A stretch of DNA of 64,000 bases from contig OZ242372.1 of assembly GCA_965209035.1 (NCBI GenBank), positions 1,952,001 through 2,016,000 on the forward strand. The letters are read 5' to 3'. The notes beneath the pieces are model-generated. The model was not told the origin of the DNA. It ran no database searches and worked only from the letters and a program-made list of their open reading frames with translations. Source of the stretch: Gammaproteobacteria bacterium (GTDB taxonomy: Bacteria > Pseudomonadota > Gammaproteobacteria > CBDBNL01 > JAAOII01). How positions within the stretch are numbered: the first letter of the stretch is position 1; each line of letters opens with the position of its first letter. Made by a program: the position numbers and the translations under genes. Shown piece after piece: positions 37,006 through 47,466 of this stretch.

Positions 37006-38879
37006 CGGGGACGAAAAAGTTGAATGTTCGGATTGAGTTTGCGCGGGTTGATGTTAAATCGGGTTAGGGTTTTCAGCAAGGGGGCGGAATAGGGGTCATT
37101 CTCGTAGGCCTTGAGCCAGACATACGATGCCTGTTCGTATTCTTTTTTTCTCCACAGAACCTCGCCAAGATGCGCGGCGATTTCGGCGTCCGGGTTTTGG
37201 CGATATGCCCAATCCAGCAGTTCGTGTGCCCGATCCAAATTGTTTGCTCGGTATTCCAGCCAACCGAGACTGTCCGTGTAAGCGGCACTGTCCGGATCTG
37301 TAATGAGCGCGGCTTCTATGAGTTCCCGAGCCTGTTTTAGGCGTATGTTTGTATCCGTCAGAGCATAGCCGTAGCCGTTTAATATGTGCGGATCCTGGTT
37401 GTCCAGCTCCGTTAGCAACTCAAATACTTTGATCATGGACGCGGTGTCTTTCAATTCGTAATACATATAGGCTTTGGCAAGAAGAATGCTTTTTTCAAGC
37501 GGGAGCAATGATTCGGCGGTGGTCATCGTTTTTTCTGCTTCGGCTTTTGCCCCTTCGGTTGCCAGGCGGTTAACATAACGACCTACTATGGCCAGATATG
37601 CATTTCTGTCTCTTCTATAGATTTCTTCCAAAATCCCTTCGCTTTTGTAAAATTCTTTGGTTTGTACGATCACCTGTAAAAGCAGCCAGTTGCCGGTCTC
37701 CGTGTAGTCGGAGTCTTCTTTGATGCCGGACACGAAGCTTTCGACAAGAGCATAATTCCCGCTGTTTGCGGCCAGCAGCGCGAGGCGCATGTAGCCCAGA
37801 TCATTCTTACGCGCAACTTTTTTGTAGTATGCCAAGCCGGCATTGCGCAGTTTGGGGAGTCCCCTGTCTTGAGCGACAGTGGTAAGAAGGTATACCGTGG
37901 CATCGTCGTTTTTGGATTTCAACAGTTGTGTGAGGAGTTCGTCCGCCACATTCCGTCGTTGGGTATTAAGCAAATAAAGAGCGTAGTAAATCTTTAAAAG
38001 GACATTGTTGTTGTCTTTTTTTATTTCTTCTTCGTAAAAAGAGTCACCGGCGGGCTGTTGTGTCAGGTAGTAGATACGGGCCTTGAGAGAGGTAGCCGCC
38101 GTGCGGACATTCGCTTGCACTGTTTTTTCCGGCAGCATACGATTTAACACGCGCAAAGAATCGGTCAACCGTTGGTTATAAAACAAAAATTCTGCCAGCT
38201 TGTATTCGGTGATATGGCGCCCTTCTCTTAGATTGCCGGCGGCGAAAGGATAACTTTGCAAGTATTTGTCGTAGGTTGAAATGAGTGTGCGCATTTGTTG
38301 CTCGCTTTGCGGTGTCAAGAAAGAGCCGATGAGGCGAAAATCCGCGGGCAGACCGCGATCCAGTCTGCTTGCCATGAAGTCAAATGCTTTGGGGTATTTG
38401 GATTGGATGATGAGTTCGCGAATATAATTGTTCTGTGCCGGCGAAGAACTTGGTTCCAGGGTGATCCACAGAAGTGCGGCCGCGAGTGCGTCCGCAGAGT
38501 TGTGCATGTACTTTGCCATTTCAAAAGCACGCTGTGCCATGTTCGGGTCTTTATAGGTGTCGGCATATTCAATCATTTCTTTCAGAACCTCTTCATCATT
38601 GGGATGACGATAAAAGGAAATTTCCAATTCCAGGAGTTTGGCAAGGTCTCCCGCGGGCGACTGCTCTTCGGGAATTCTCGGTTCTTGGTATGATTTCTCT
38701 TTTTCTTTCGGGCGGGCAAGCGCCGACTTGGTTTTTTCAATTCCCAGATCTGTGCCGTAGGTCTGAGATTTTGAAGATTTGGTCGCGGGACCTGTTTCAA
38801 ACCCTTCTATGCTCACTTTTGGTTTGTCGGGTGCCGAGGCACAGCCGATCAAAGTGACCAAAATCACTGTCTGCCACAA
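36999..38879 (-). CDS. TPR-repeat lipoprotein
   Basis: LIGC lipobox; C-terminal LNGYGYALTD, DSLGW, DAEIAAHLGEVLW. Start uncertain. Confidence 0.8.
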   Translation of the reverse strand: MWQTVILVTLIGCASAPDKPKVSIEGFETGPATKSSKSQTYGTDLGIEKTKSALARPKEKEKSYQEPRIPEEQSPAGDLAKLLELEISFYRHPNDEEVLKEMIEYADTYKDPNMAQRAFEMAKYMHNSADALAAALLWITLEPSSSPAQNNYIRELIIQSKYPKAFDFMASRLDRGLPADFRLIGSFLTPQSEQQMRTLISTYDKYLQSYPFAAGNLREGRHITEYKLAEFLFYNQRLTDSLRVLNRMLPEKTVQANVRTAATSLKARIYYLTQQPAGDSFYEEEIKKDNNNVLLKIYYALYLLNTQRRNVADELLTQLLKSKNDDATVYLLTTVAQDRGLPKLRNAGLAYYKKVARKNDLGYMRLALLAANSGNYALVESFVSGIKEDSDYTETGNWLLLQVIVQTKEFYKSEGILEEIYRRDRNAYLAIVGRYVNRLATEGAKAEAEKTMTTAESLLPLEKSILLAKAYMYYELKDTASMIKVFELLTELDNQDPHILNGYGYALTDTNIRLKQARELIEAALITDPDSAAYTDSLGWLEYRANNLDRAHELLDWAYRQNPDAEIAAHLGEVLWRKKEYEQASYVWLKAYENDPYSAPLLKTLTRFNINPRKLNPNIQLFRPRY

Positions 38880-38953
38880 ACAGGCAAGAGGACTTATTCT
38901 GCCGGGTGTTCCCGCCGGAGTGATGGTCGGCTTGCCCGGCTCCGGGCTTCCGC

Positions 38954-39220
38954 CTATTTTGGAAGGTTGTCGGATTTTTCCGAAGAAGAGAGCGAAGAAG
39001 TTAATCGTTTGACGGCGGCACTGAGCACACAGACGAGGGTCCCTAAAAAAAAACCCGCGAGAAGAAAAATGACCAACAGAATTCCGAGCGTTGTCGGATG
39101 AAACCGGTAAAACAAGAGATTAAGTTCAACATTTGCCGAGTTAGACAAACCAAACAGCAAGCCAAGGATACAAAAGGTGAGATAAACGAGGACCTTGAAG
39201 AGGAGAAGAATTTTTTTCAA
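38954..39220 (-). CDS. lapA: LapA-family small membrane protein
   Basis: Two TM helices around NSANVELNLLF; downstream of rpsA. Confidence 0.65.
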   Translation of the reverse strand: MKKILLLFKVLVYLTFCILGLLFGLSNSANVELNLLFYRFHPTTLGILLVIFLLAGFFLGTLVCVLSAAVKRLTSSLSSSEKSDNLPK

Positions 39221-39301
39221 AAAATACTAAGATGCTTTAATAATTGGAATTGGAATTGGAAGATTAATGAGGAAATTAAAAATAAGGGATTCACTCATTT
39301 T

Positions 39302-41245
39302 TTAGGTTGGTTTATCCTGTTTTTGTTCTTCTTTGCTTGCGTCTTTTTTTTCATTCTTTTCCGCTTCTTCTACTTCTCCTTTTTCTTCCCCTTTTTCTTC
39401 CTCCGCCGCTTTCACTTCTCCTTCTACTGCCCCCGCCCCTGCTTGCGGTTGTTTTGCTTCGGGTTCTGTTTTCGATTCTGATTCTGGCTCCGTTTTCACT
39501 TCCTCTTTTATTTCCGTTTCCGCTTTCGGATCTTCGGAACTTGGGGCGGGTTCGGCTTGCTTGGCGGGGGCTTGCTCTTTTGCTTGGCCGCCGATGCTCA
39601 ACAGATCTCCAAGTTTTGCCATAAAGCTGCCTTTCTTTTGTCGATAAGCCACTAGTGCTTCTTTTTCTTCTTTAATAGTGACTTGACGCATAGAAAGGGT
39701 GATGTGTTTTTTCTTTGGGTCGTAATACAGAATCTGAAGTTTCAATTCCTGTTCCGGATTGATGAGTTGGTCGGGGGAGTCCGCTTTGTTGCCGCCGAGT
39801 TCTTTCATTGGGATGATGCCGGTGATATTCTCGGTTAAGGCGACCACCACACTTTTCTTGCCGATTTTTGTCACCTTGCCGGTTACCTGCGACTTGACCG
39901 GGTGCACAGCCATATATTCGGCGAAATGGTTTGGTTGGGTTCTGCGCAGATTAAGTATCACTTTGCCACTGTCCGTATCAATAAAAGTGATGATGCTTTT
40001 AATTTCTTGGCCTGTTTTGTAGTTTTTGATGGCTTCGTTGGGATGGAGATCCCAGTCCAGGTTTCTTGGATGGATGAATCCGTCCACATTTTTGGCAAGA
40101 CGCACGAATATACCGAAGGGTTGAATGGCTGTGATAGTCCCTTCCACGACATCTCCGACAGCGTGTTTCTCGGCATAATCTTTCCAGGGGTTTTCCAAAC
40201 AAGCGCGGTGACTGAGCGATAGTTTTCGCTGCTCCGGTTCCATACCGAGAATTTTGACCATAATGGTATCGCCCGGGGAGCCGTATTGTTTGGCAACCAC
40301 GGGTTTGGGTTCCCAGGAGAGTTCGGACACATGCACCAAGCCGACTAAGCCGGGGGTTATTTCTACCAGAAGGCCGTGTTCGTTGACATGGCGAATAATC
40401 CCTTCCATGGATTGCCCTATCTCGTAATTTTCGGTGATCTTATCCCAAGGTCCGTCTGACATTTCACGCAAACTCAGCAGCAAACTTCGGCGCTCCGGGT
40501 TGTATGTGAGAACCTTGAATTCGTATTCTTTGCCTTCTTCAATATAGTCGTGCGGGTCCTCAACAGTTTCCCAGGCGATATCCAATTTGCGAAGAAACGC
40601 ATTGCCTTTTTCCAGAGAAATGAATGCGCCGTTGTTCACAATTTGTTTGACCTGCCCTCGGACCTGGCCGATGCGCACCAGGGAATCAAAATAAGCGTGT
40701 CTTTCTTCTTCAAATTTTTGTCTGCCGATGGCACGATGAGAAACGATTAAGTTGTTTCGTTCTTTGTCTATTTTGATGATTTTGAAATCGGTTGATATGT
40801 TTTCCAGCAGCTTTGGATCCGTATTGTGTTCAATTTCAATCAGCGAACCCGGCAAGAATGCTTTGATGCCTTCAATGTCTACGGAGAACCCGCCCGGAAT
40901 TTTATTTTTAATAATTCCTTGGATGGTTTCATTCCTTTTAAATTTTTCTTCAAGTTCTTTCCAGGAACGAAAAAACTTTGCTTTTTCATAGGATACCATC
41001 GTGCGGCCAAAACCGTTTTCCACGCTTTCCAGCAACAGTTCAATTTCGTCGCCAACGGATATTTCCATCTCACCGAATTTATTTTTAAACTGGTCGGCAG
41101 GCAGCACGCCTTCCGTTTTTAACCCGGTGTCCACTGTTACCCAGTTTTTTTCTATGTCCATCACCGTGCCTTTAATAAAACTGCCGGGTTTTGTATTCAG
41201 CAGTTTCAAATCGTCACGTATGAGATCCGTAAAACTATTTTTCAT
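39302..41245 (-). CDS. rpsA: 30S ribosomal protein S1 with long acidic C-terminal tail
   Basis: Six S1-like domains (AFLPGSL, GLVHVSELSW); downstream of cmk. Confidence 0.95.
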   Translation of the reverse strand: MKNSFTDLIRDDLKLLNTKPGSFIKGTVMDIEKNWVTVDTGLKTEGVLPADQFKNKFGEMEISVGDEIELLLESVENGFGRTMVSYEKAKFFRSWKELEEKFKRNETIQGIIKNKIPGGFSVDIEGIKAFLPGSLIEIEHNTDPKLLENISTDFKIIKIDKERNNLIVSHRAIGRQKFEEERHAYFDSLVRIGQVRGQVKQIVNNGAFISLEKGNAFLRKLDIAWETVEDPHDYIEEGKEYEFKVLTYNPERRSLLLSLREMSDGPWDKITENYEIGQSMEGIIRHVNEHGLLVEITPGLVGLVHVSELSWEPKPVVAKQYGSPGDTIMVKILGMEPEQRKLSLSHRACLENPWKDYAEKHAVGDVVEGTITAIQPFGIFVRLAKNVDGFIHPRNLDWDLHPNEAIKNYKTGQEIKSIITFIDTDSGKVILNLRRTQPNHFAEYMAVHPVKSQVTGKVTKIGKKSVVVALTENITGIIPMKELGGNKADSPDQLINPEQELKLQILYYDPKKKHITLSMRQVTIKEEKEALVAYRQKKGSFMAKLGDLLSIGGQAKEQAPAKQAEPAPSSEDPKAETEIKEEVKTEPESESKTEPEAKQPQAGAGAVEGEVKAAEEEKGEEKGEVEEAEKNEKKDASKEEQKQDKPT

Positions 41246-41357
41246 TATTATCGTTCGTTATCATAAGTTTATTTTTTGTTATCAATTTGATGACTTCTCA
41301 AAATTATACATTAATACCAATAAAAAATAAAACATTCAACCCGAATATGGAACAATC

Positions 41358-42089
41358 TTACGGTTTATGTTTATATATTGTGCCGAGTTTGGACCTTGCC
41401 AGGTCCGCGATCTGCCGGGCGGTTTGTTCCGCGGTGGTGTTTGTTGTATCCACTTCAATTGCATCTTTGGCTTTTTTTAAAGGAGAAGAGGCGCGTGTAA
41501 TATCGCCCAGGTCGCGACTGTGCATTGCACTGAGGACGCTTTCTATTGTGGCATCTTTGTGTCCCATGGATAGGAGTTGTGCCAGGCGTCTTTCGGCGCG
41601 CACATTCAAATCCGCCGTCAAGAAAATCTTAAGAAAAGCGTTCGGGAAAATGGAGGTCCCCATGTCGCGTCCTTCGGCAACGAGGCCGGGTGGTTGGAGA
41701 AAGTGGCGTTGTCTTTCCACAAGGGCCTTTCGCACCTGTGGGAACGCACTGATTTTTCCCGCAAGTTTGCCGATTTCATCCGACATCAGCGTATTTGTGA
41801 TATCCGTCCCTTTTGACAGAACACGCAAGGAGAGTTCGCCGTTTTTCTTTTTCATTGTACGAAATTCCGGATTAATGGCGGGAATTAGGGATTCAATTTT
41901 TTCAATCGCCGCTATTTTTTGTGCTACTTTTTGTGTTACTTTTTGGTCGGCGGCAACATATGCCAAATGACGATAAATCAGACCGCTTGGAAGGATGTGC
42001 CACCCCAAGATTTCCGCGGTCAGCAAGGACACACTGCCTTTGCCGGCGGCACCCGGGCCGTCTATGGCGAGGACTTGTGTTGTTGCCAT
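41358..42089 (-). CDS. cmk: Cytidylate kinase
   Basis: AIDGPGAAGKG, VAEGRDMGT, KIFLTA; ATG at 42089. Confidence 0.95.
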   Translation of the reverse strand: MATTQVLAIDGPGAAGKGSVSLLTAEILGWHILPSGLIYRHLAYVAADQKVTQKVAQKIAAIEKIESLIPAINPEFRTMKKKNGELSLRVLSKGTDITNTLMSDEIGKLAGKISAFPQVRKALVERQRHFLQPPGLVAEGRDMGTSIFPNAFLKIFLTADLNVRAERRLAQLLSMGHKDATIESVLSAMHSRDLGDITRASSPLKKAKDAIEVDTTNTTAEQTARQIADLARSKLGTIYKHKP

Positions 42090-42090
42090 T

Positions 42091-44349
42091 TTAGCGATCA
42101 TCTGCCGCAGGCATCTCGTCCGATGCGGGTAATCGGGTAATGCGCAGGCCGATGCTTTCGGCGCATTTTTTGAAATTAGGAAAGGATGTGGCGATGGAAG
42201 CACAGTTGCGAACTCGGACGGTGTCCGCGGCGACACAGCCGGCGACAGAAAACGACATTGCAATGCGATGGTCGCCGTGTGAATCCACTTCGCCGCCGTG
42301 AAAAGGGGCATCGGGGTTGCCGCGAATAATCGCTCCGTCGGCAGTTTCTTTTGCCCGGACACCGAGGCGGTTTAGTCCCGCGATCATCACCGCCAACCGA
42401 TTGCTTTCTTTGACGCGCAATTCTTGGGCGTCTTCGATCGTTGTTTCTCCTTCGGCACAGGCGGCGGCAATCATCACAATCGGAAGTTCGTCTATGGCGG
42501 CCGGCACCAACTCTTTGTTGATGCGGATGCCTTTTAACCGGGCTGTTTGGACTTCCAAATCGGTCACAGGTTCGCTGCCGTAATGGCGCGCTGCCGGGGT
42601 TTTGATGTTGCCGCCCATGGCTCGGAGGATGTCAATGATGCCGGTGCGCCCGGGATTGATGCCGACATTTTGCAGGATCAAACGGCTGTTTGGGCAAACA
42701 GTGGCGGCGACCAGGAAGAAAGCGGCGGATGAGATGTCCGCGGGAATCTTGACGGTGGCGGCGTTGATCCTGCCGCCGCCTTTCAAACGAATCAGCCCCC
42801 GTTGCTTGGTTTCAACCGGATAACCGAAGGTTTTCATTGCCCTTTCGGTGTGATCGCGCGTGGCAACGGCTTCTTTGATCACAGTTTCGCCTTTGGCGCG
42901 AATTGCCGCCAACATGATTGCCGATTTGACTTGGGCACTGGGAACGGGAACTTCGTATGTGATGCCGGTTAGCCTATTATGGCCGGCAATGAATAAGGGA
43001 AAAAACTCGCCGTTGCGGGCGAACAGTCTGCCACCCATTTGACGCAGCGGTTCAATGACCCGTCGCATGGGTCTTTGACTGAGCGAGGCATCTCCGTTCA
43101 GATAAGAAACAAACGGCTGCCCGCAGAGCAAACCGCTCATGAGGCGGGCAGCCGTACCGGAATTTTCGCAATCCAAAACGGAACGGGGTTTTTTTAAGCC
43201 GCCGGATATGCCGACACCCTTAATTTCAACCTTGTCCCGGTCGCGTGTGATATTTACGCCCATAGAACGGAACATATTTAAAGTGGCGAGCGTGTCTTTG
43301 CCGGTGAGGAGTCCGGATATTTGCGTAACCCCTTTTGCCAAACTGCCGAGTATCAGAGCGCGGTGGCTGACAGACTTGTCGCCGTCCACTGTGAGTTCGC
43401 CGTCGAGATCGGAAGCCGGGTCGGACCGGTAGTCAAACTCTTCCGCTGCGGTGTTTGCGACGGGACTGATGGCATCGTGTGTCAGACGATATCTGCCGTG
43501 TCGTGCTTTTGTGAGTCCGCTTAGCATTGCCGAAGTGTCGTTGTTTTGCAGGCTTGCGCGCATATTGGCAAGGCTGAGTTGAAACTCGCTCAGGGCCGCC
43601 AAAAGAGCCGGTCTGTTTAACTCAAAGATATTCGCCCAGATCCGCGCGTCACTGGCGGCGATGCGCGTAAAATCTCGCAGACCGCCCGCGGAATAGTTGG
43701 GCAGATCGTTTGGCAGGGGGGCGCGCAGCAGGGTGTTCATCAGTGCGTATGAAAGAAAATGTGGCAGATGACTGGTGTAGGCAAAGATTTTATCGTGATA
43801 CGGAATGTCCGTGTAAAAAACCTCTTTGCCGAGAGTTTGCCAGAGTTTGCCAATGGTTTCAATGTCTGTTTCGTCGTTCCCCGCCAAAGGAGTGAGCACG
43901 GTTTTGCAGTCGTCAAACAGGTTTGCCCGGGCCGCACCGATGGTGTTGTTTTCGCTGCCGGCAATCGGATGGGTCGGGATTAACCGACACTTGTCTTTTC
44001 CCCATAAAGAGGAGACCAACGGCAGCAGGTAGTTTTTGGCACTGCCTAACTCCATCACCAACGCGTTCGGTGTTTTTGCGCGCAGCTGCGGGAGCATCTC
44101 TGTGATAGCGGACAGGGGGATGGTCAAAACAATCAGGTCTTTTGTGTTCTCATCGGTTCGGTATTGGCAGAGTGCCTCTTCGGTATCCTTGACGCATTTG
44201 TCCAGAATGTTATTCTTCAGTGCGTGATCCGCCGCCTCGGGTGAGATATCGTAGCCGATGAACTCTTTGCCTATTTTTTTTGCGCGCGCTGCCAGGCAAA
44301 AGGAGCCGCCGATGAGCCCGACGCCAATGACAATGATTCTGTCAAACAT
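42091..44349 (-). CDS. aroA: Fused prephenate dehydrogenase / EPSP synthase (TyrA-AroA)
   Basis: N-half GVGLIGGS, HPIAGSE, SHLPH; C-half DKSVSHR, ENSGTAARL, SAQVKSA, GDHRIAM. Confidence 0.95.
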   Translation of the reverse strand: MFDRIIVIGVGLIGGSFCLAARAKKIGKEFIGYDISPEAADHALKNNILDKCVKDTEEALCQYRTDENTKDLIVLTIPLSAITEMLPQLRAKTPNALVMELGSAKNYLLPLVSSLWGKDKCRLIPTHPIAGSENNTIGAARANLFDDCKTVLTPLAGNDETDIETIGKLWQTLGKEVFYTDIPYHDKIFAYTSHLPHFLSYALMNTLLRAPLPNDLPNYSAGGLRDFTRIAASDARIWANIFELNRPALLAALSEFQLSLANMRASLQNNDTSAMLSGLTKARHGRYRLTHDAISPVANTAAEEFDYRSDPASDLDGELTVDGDKSVSHRALILGSLAKGVTQISGLLTGKDTLATLNMFRSMGVNITRDRDKVEIKGVGISGGLKKPRSVLDCENSGTAARLMSGLLCGQPFVSYLNGDASLSQRPMRRVIEPLRQMGGRLFARNGEFFPLFIAGHNRLTGITYEVPVPSAQVKSAIMLAAIRAKGETVIKEAVATRDHTERAMKTFGYPVETKQRGLIRLKGGGRINAATVKIPADISSAAFFLVAATVCPNSRLILQNVGINPGRTGIIDILRAMGGNIKTPAARHYGSEPVTDLEVQTARLKGIRINKELVPAAIDELPIVMIAAACAEGETTIEDAQELRVKESNRLAVMIAGLNRLGVRAKETADGAIIRGNPDAPFHGGEVDSHGDHRIAMSFSVAGCVAADTVRVRNCASIATSFPNFKKCAESIGLRITRLPASDEMPAADDR

Positions 44350-45462
44350 TTAGACGGAGTCGGGGTAGGAGCCGAGTATCTTGAAAAAGCTGCTCTGTTT
44401 TTTTAAGGCTGCGAGGGCGCGTTGGACCGGCGGTTCGGTGATATGTCCCAGGCAGTCTATGAAGAAGTTATATTGCCAGTCGCCGACGCGCGTCGGGTGT
44501 GATTCCAACAGAGAGAGATCAATATTCTCTTTGTGAAAACAGCCCAGCAGGTTGTAGAGACTACCGGGGCGATTTTTGGCGGCAACCACCAGGGATGTTT
44601 TGTCCGCGCCGCTGGGTTCCGTGTCCCGGTTGCCGATGACAAAAAATCGGGTGGTGTTGTCGGGTTGATCTTCTATGTTTTTTGCCAGTATGTTTAGTCC
44701 GTATAAGTCGGCATTTAATTCTCCGGCAATGGCGGTTGCGCCGGGTGTTTTTAAGGTTTCTTGGGCGCCTCGGGCATTGCTGTTTTCTATGCGAATTTCT
44801 CTGTCGGGGAGGTGCTCGTTGATCCATAGCCGGCATTGGGCGACGGATTGTTGGTGGGTGATGATGGTTTTCACATCGGCAAGCGATTTGATCCAAGGAT
44901 GCCCCAACAGGAAGTGGTGAATTGGGATCCGAACCTCGCCGGTGATGCGCAGCGAGGAGTTGACCAGCACATCCATTGTGTTGGATACCATTCCTTCGGT
45001 GGAATTTTCAATCGGGACAACGCCGTAATCGGCTCCGCCGGCTTCCACCTCGCGGAAGACCTCGGCAATAGAGTGCACCGGCAGGTGGTCGGCGCCGTGA
45101 CCGAAGAAGTGCAGGGCCGCTTGTTGAGTATAGGTGCCGGCAGGGCCCAGGTATGCCACACGCATGAGTGCTTCGGCGTTTAAGCAAAGAGAAATGATTT
45201 CGCGAAAGATTTTGAGAGTTTGAACTTCGGGTAGCAGGTCATTTTTTTGTAAGGCGCTTTTTACCCTTCGCAGAATGGATGCCTGTCTTTGCGGTTGCAG
45301 GTAGGCGGTGTTGCTGCCGCCGGCCTGGTGCTTCCGGCGTTTAAGGTCGCCTATTTCCTTTGCCAGTTGCGTTCGTTGCCGCAGCAAGTCCAGAATGTTG
45401 TCGTCTATACTGTCTATGGATTTGCGCTTTTGTTCCAAATCTTTTTTCATTTGAACTTTCAT
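44350..45462 (-). CDS. pheA: Chorismate mutase / prephenate dehydratase
   Basis: CM domain, AYLGPAGTY, PIENSTEG, NTTRF, ACT domain. Confidence 0.95.
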   Translation of the reverse strand: MKVQMKKDLEQKRKSIDSIDDNILDLLRQRTQLAKEIGDLKRRKHQAGGSNTAYLQPQRQASILRRVKSALQKNDLLPEVQTLKIFREIISLCLNAEALMRVAYLGPAGTYTQQAALHFFGHGADHLPVHSIAEVFREVEAGGADYGVVPIENSTEGMVSNTMDVLVNSSLRITGEVRIPIHHFLLGHPWIKSLADVKTIITHQQSVAQCRLWINEHLPDREIRIENSNARGAQETLKTPGATAIAGELNADLYGLNILAKNIEDQPDNTTRFFVIGNRDTEPSGADKTSLVVAAKNRPGSLYNLLGCFHKENIDLSLLESHPTRVGDWQYNFFIDCLGHITEPPVQRALAALKKQSSFFKILGSYPDSV

Positions 45463-45680
45463 TTTACCCTATTTGATCTTTTGGTAATTCGGGGGGCATG
45501 AATAACAGATGAATAACAGATGAATACGGCATGTGAAGATTGTGAAGATGCCGACCGAACCGGGAGAATCGGCGCGAGGATATAATATGAAGAAATGATT
45601 ATCCGAGACAGTTCAATAGAAACCCCCGCTCGTAACTCACGCAGGGAGCCGCGCGGTTCCGGTGAACAGGTGAACAAGCG

Positions 45681-46916
45681 ATGACCGGACTTTCCGGTGC
45701 CACACATTCGCAGGCAATGCATTGGCTGGGCGAGGAATTAAAACGCCGGGGGATTGGCGAATATCAAGTAAGCGAGCCAATTGCCGAAGCGGATCAGCGC
45801 GAGTATTATCGCGCGGTTTATGCCGATGGTAGCAAGATGCTGATGCATATTCTGGCAGAACCGGCACGGAGAGTCGCAGAGGTACTTCGCACGACCGATT
45901 TTTTTGCCGCCGGCGGTATTCGTGTGCCGCAAATTGATGCTCACAGCGCGTCTTTGGGATTGATGTTGCTGGAAGACTTTGGCGATACCTCGCTTTGGAG
46001 TCTGTTTCATTCCGCCGATCAAAACAACAGGCATCGCCGCTTGTTTTATTACAAACAGGCGGTCGGGACAATCGGACGCATTCAAAAGTTGGAGCAGTCC
46101 GGGTTGTCGCTTATGAATGAGGAGCATCTTGTCGCGGAGATGCGAATTTTTACCGACTGGCTGCCGTGCCGATGGTTGGGCGAGCCTGGCGAGTTAGACA
46201 AGTTGGACGAGTTAGGTAAATTAGGCAAGTTAGGCAAATTAGACAAGTTGGGCAAATTAGGCGAGTTAGGCAAGTTAAGTGACACGGATAAAAAAAGACT
46301 GGATGCCTTTTACCGGTCTCTGGCAGGCTCTGTTTTGGCAGCCCCCCGGGTTTGTGTGCATCGCGATTTTCATTCCCGCAATCTTTTTTTCACCGATACG
46401 GACGGCTTGGGCCGGGACCTGGACCGGGACTCGGACCTGGGCTCGGGATTGGGGTCGGGCTTAAGAAGGCAACCGGGGGTTTTGGATTATCAGGGGGTGA
46501 TGGTCGGTCATTTTTGTTATGATCTGGTGTCTTTGCTAAACGATGTTTATACGCATCTCACACCCGCGGAAACCGCCGAACTGTTGGATACTTTTTGTAC
46601 GGAAGTTGCCGTCGGTCTTAACTCGAGCAAGGACGATATTGTTCGTCAATTTAATGCGGTAACTCTGCAGCGATTCATCAAGGTGTGCGGGCAGTTTGTG
46701 CGCCTTGCCCTGAGAGATCAAAAGGAGCAGTATATCAGTTTTTTGCCGGCAGTTGCCGCCAGAATTGACGAGGCACTTGCGGGTCCCTTGCCGGATCCCT
46801 TGCAAGATAAGAGCGCGCAGGCATTTTTTACCGACCTGTGGAAAGAAAGAATACTTCCGGCATTGCATGCAAAGTGCTCCGCTGGTGCCGGTGCCAATAC
46901 CGATGCCGAGCGGTAA
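45681..46916 (+). CDS. amgK: AmgK-like sugar phosphotransferase with repeat insertions
   Basis: R.YYR, GLMLLEDFGD, VHRDFHSRNL, LDYQG, YDLVSLL. Confidence 0.78.
   Translation: MTGLSGATHSQAMHWLGEELKRRGIGEYQVSEPIAEADQREYYRAVYADGSKMLMHILAEPARRVAEVLRTTDFFAAGGIRVPQIDAHSASLGLMLLEDFGDTSLWSLFHSADQNNRHRRLFYYKQAVGTIGRIQKLEQSGLSLMNEEHLVAEMRIFTDWLPCRWLGEPGELDKLDELGKLGKLGKLDKLGKLGELGKLSDTDKKRLDAFYRSLAGSVLAAPRVCVHRDFHSRNLFFTDTDGLGRDLDRDSDLGSGLGSGLRRQPGVLDYQGVMVGHFCYDLVSLLNDVYTHLTPAETAELLDTFCTEVAVGLNSSKDDIVRQFNAVTLQRFIKVCGQFVRLALRDQKEQYISFLPAVAARIDEALAGPLPDPLQDKSAQAFFTDLWKERILPALHAKCSAGAGANTDAER
46188..46277 (+). repeat. In-frame 9-bp tandem repeat, ~10 units (G/D-E/K-L)
   Basis: ggcgagtta gacaagttg gacgagtta ggtaaatta ggcaagtta ggcaaatta gacaagttg ggcaaatta ggcgagtta ggcaagtta. 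Confidence 0.92.
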
Positions 46917-46959
46917 AGACAAGACAACGCGGGAACGTTTTCGTGTTTTCGCGTTTCCG

Positions 46960-46993
46960 TGCATAATCTCATAAAGGTTTCGGACTTTGAATT
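46960..46993 (+). mobile_element. Solo IS481-like terminal IR scar
   Basis: TGCATAATCTCATAAAGGTTTCGGACTTTGAATT matches the IS end at 9372/61685. Confidence 0.8.
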
Positions 46994-47044
46994 ACGGACT
47001 CGCCCCCTTCCCTATAATTGAAGGCGTGTATTGTTCGGAGGATT

Positions 47045-47118
47045 GCGCCCGTAGCTCAACCGGATAGAGCAACGGCCTTCTAAGCCGTAGGTTGCAGGTT
47101 CGATTCCTGCCGGGCGTG
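47045..47118 (+). tRNA. tRNA-Arg (anticodon TCT), CCA not encoded
   Basis: GCGCCCG/CGGGCGT acceptor stem, ACGGC-CTTCTAA-GCCGT anticodon arm, GGTTCGATTCC T-arm. Confidence 0.96.
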
Positions 47119-47130
47119 TTTGCATTTCGC

Positions 47131-47207
47131 GGTGGGCGTAGCTCAGTCGGTAGAGCGTAGGATTGTGGCTCCTAAGGTCGTGGGTTCGATACCCATCGTC
47201 CACCCCA
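47131..47207 (+). tRNA. tRNA-His (anticodon GTG)
   Basis: G-1:C73, TAGGA-TTGTGGC-TCCTA anticodon arm, GGTTCGATACC, encoded CCA. Confidence 0.96.
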
Positions 47208-47466
47208 TTTTTGCCGTATGTTGGCATAATGTGTATGCGAAATGCGCGGGCTTTGTTTTTTGTGCCGGCTTAGTGATGGCTTAACGGCTACTTTGTAGTT
47301 ACCTTTAATAGATACTTTATCGCCACCTTTCTTTAATGACGCTTTACGGCTACCTTAAAAGCCCCAAACCGGGAGGGGAAGGATGATGTAATCGTCCATG
47401 CGTTATAATTTTAGTGATTATGAAAAACTGTTTCAATTATTTAACAATTATTTAACTACGCTAACT

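Noticed and set aside
42090-42362. Long N-terminal extensions of the cmk, rhodanese, trpB and lipoprotein ORFs
   Set aside because: ORF-caller upstream starts overlap other genes or the IS; family-consistent starts are downstream.
42091-44349. TyrA-AroA fusion as a novelty
   Set aside because: Known fusion in the pheA-cmk-rpsA cluster of several gammaproteobacteria.
47045-47207. tRNA-anchored integrative island
   Set aside because: No integrase and no duplicated tRNA 3' end were seen.
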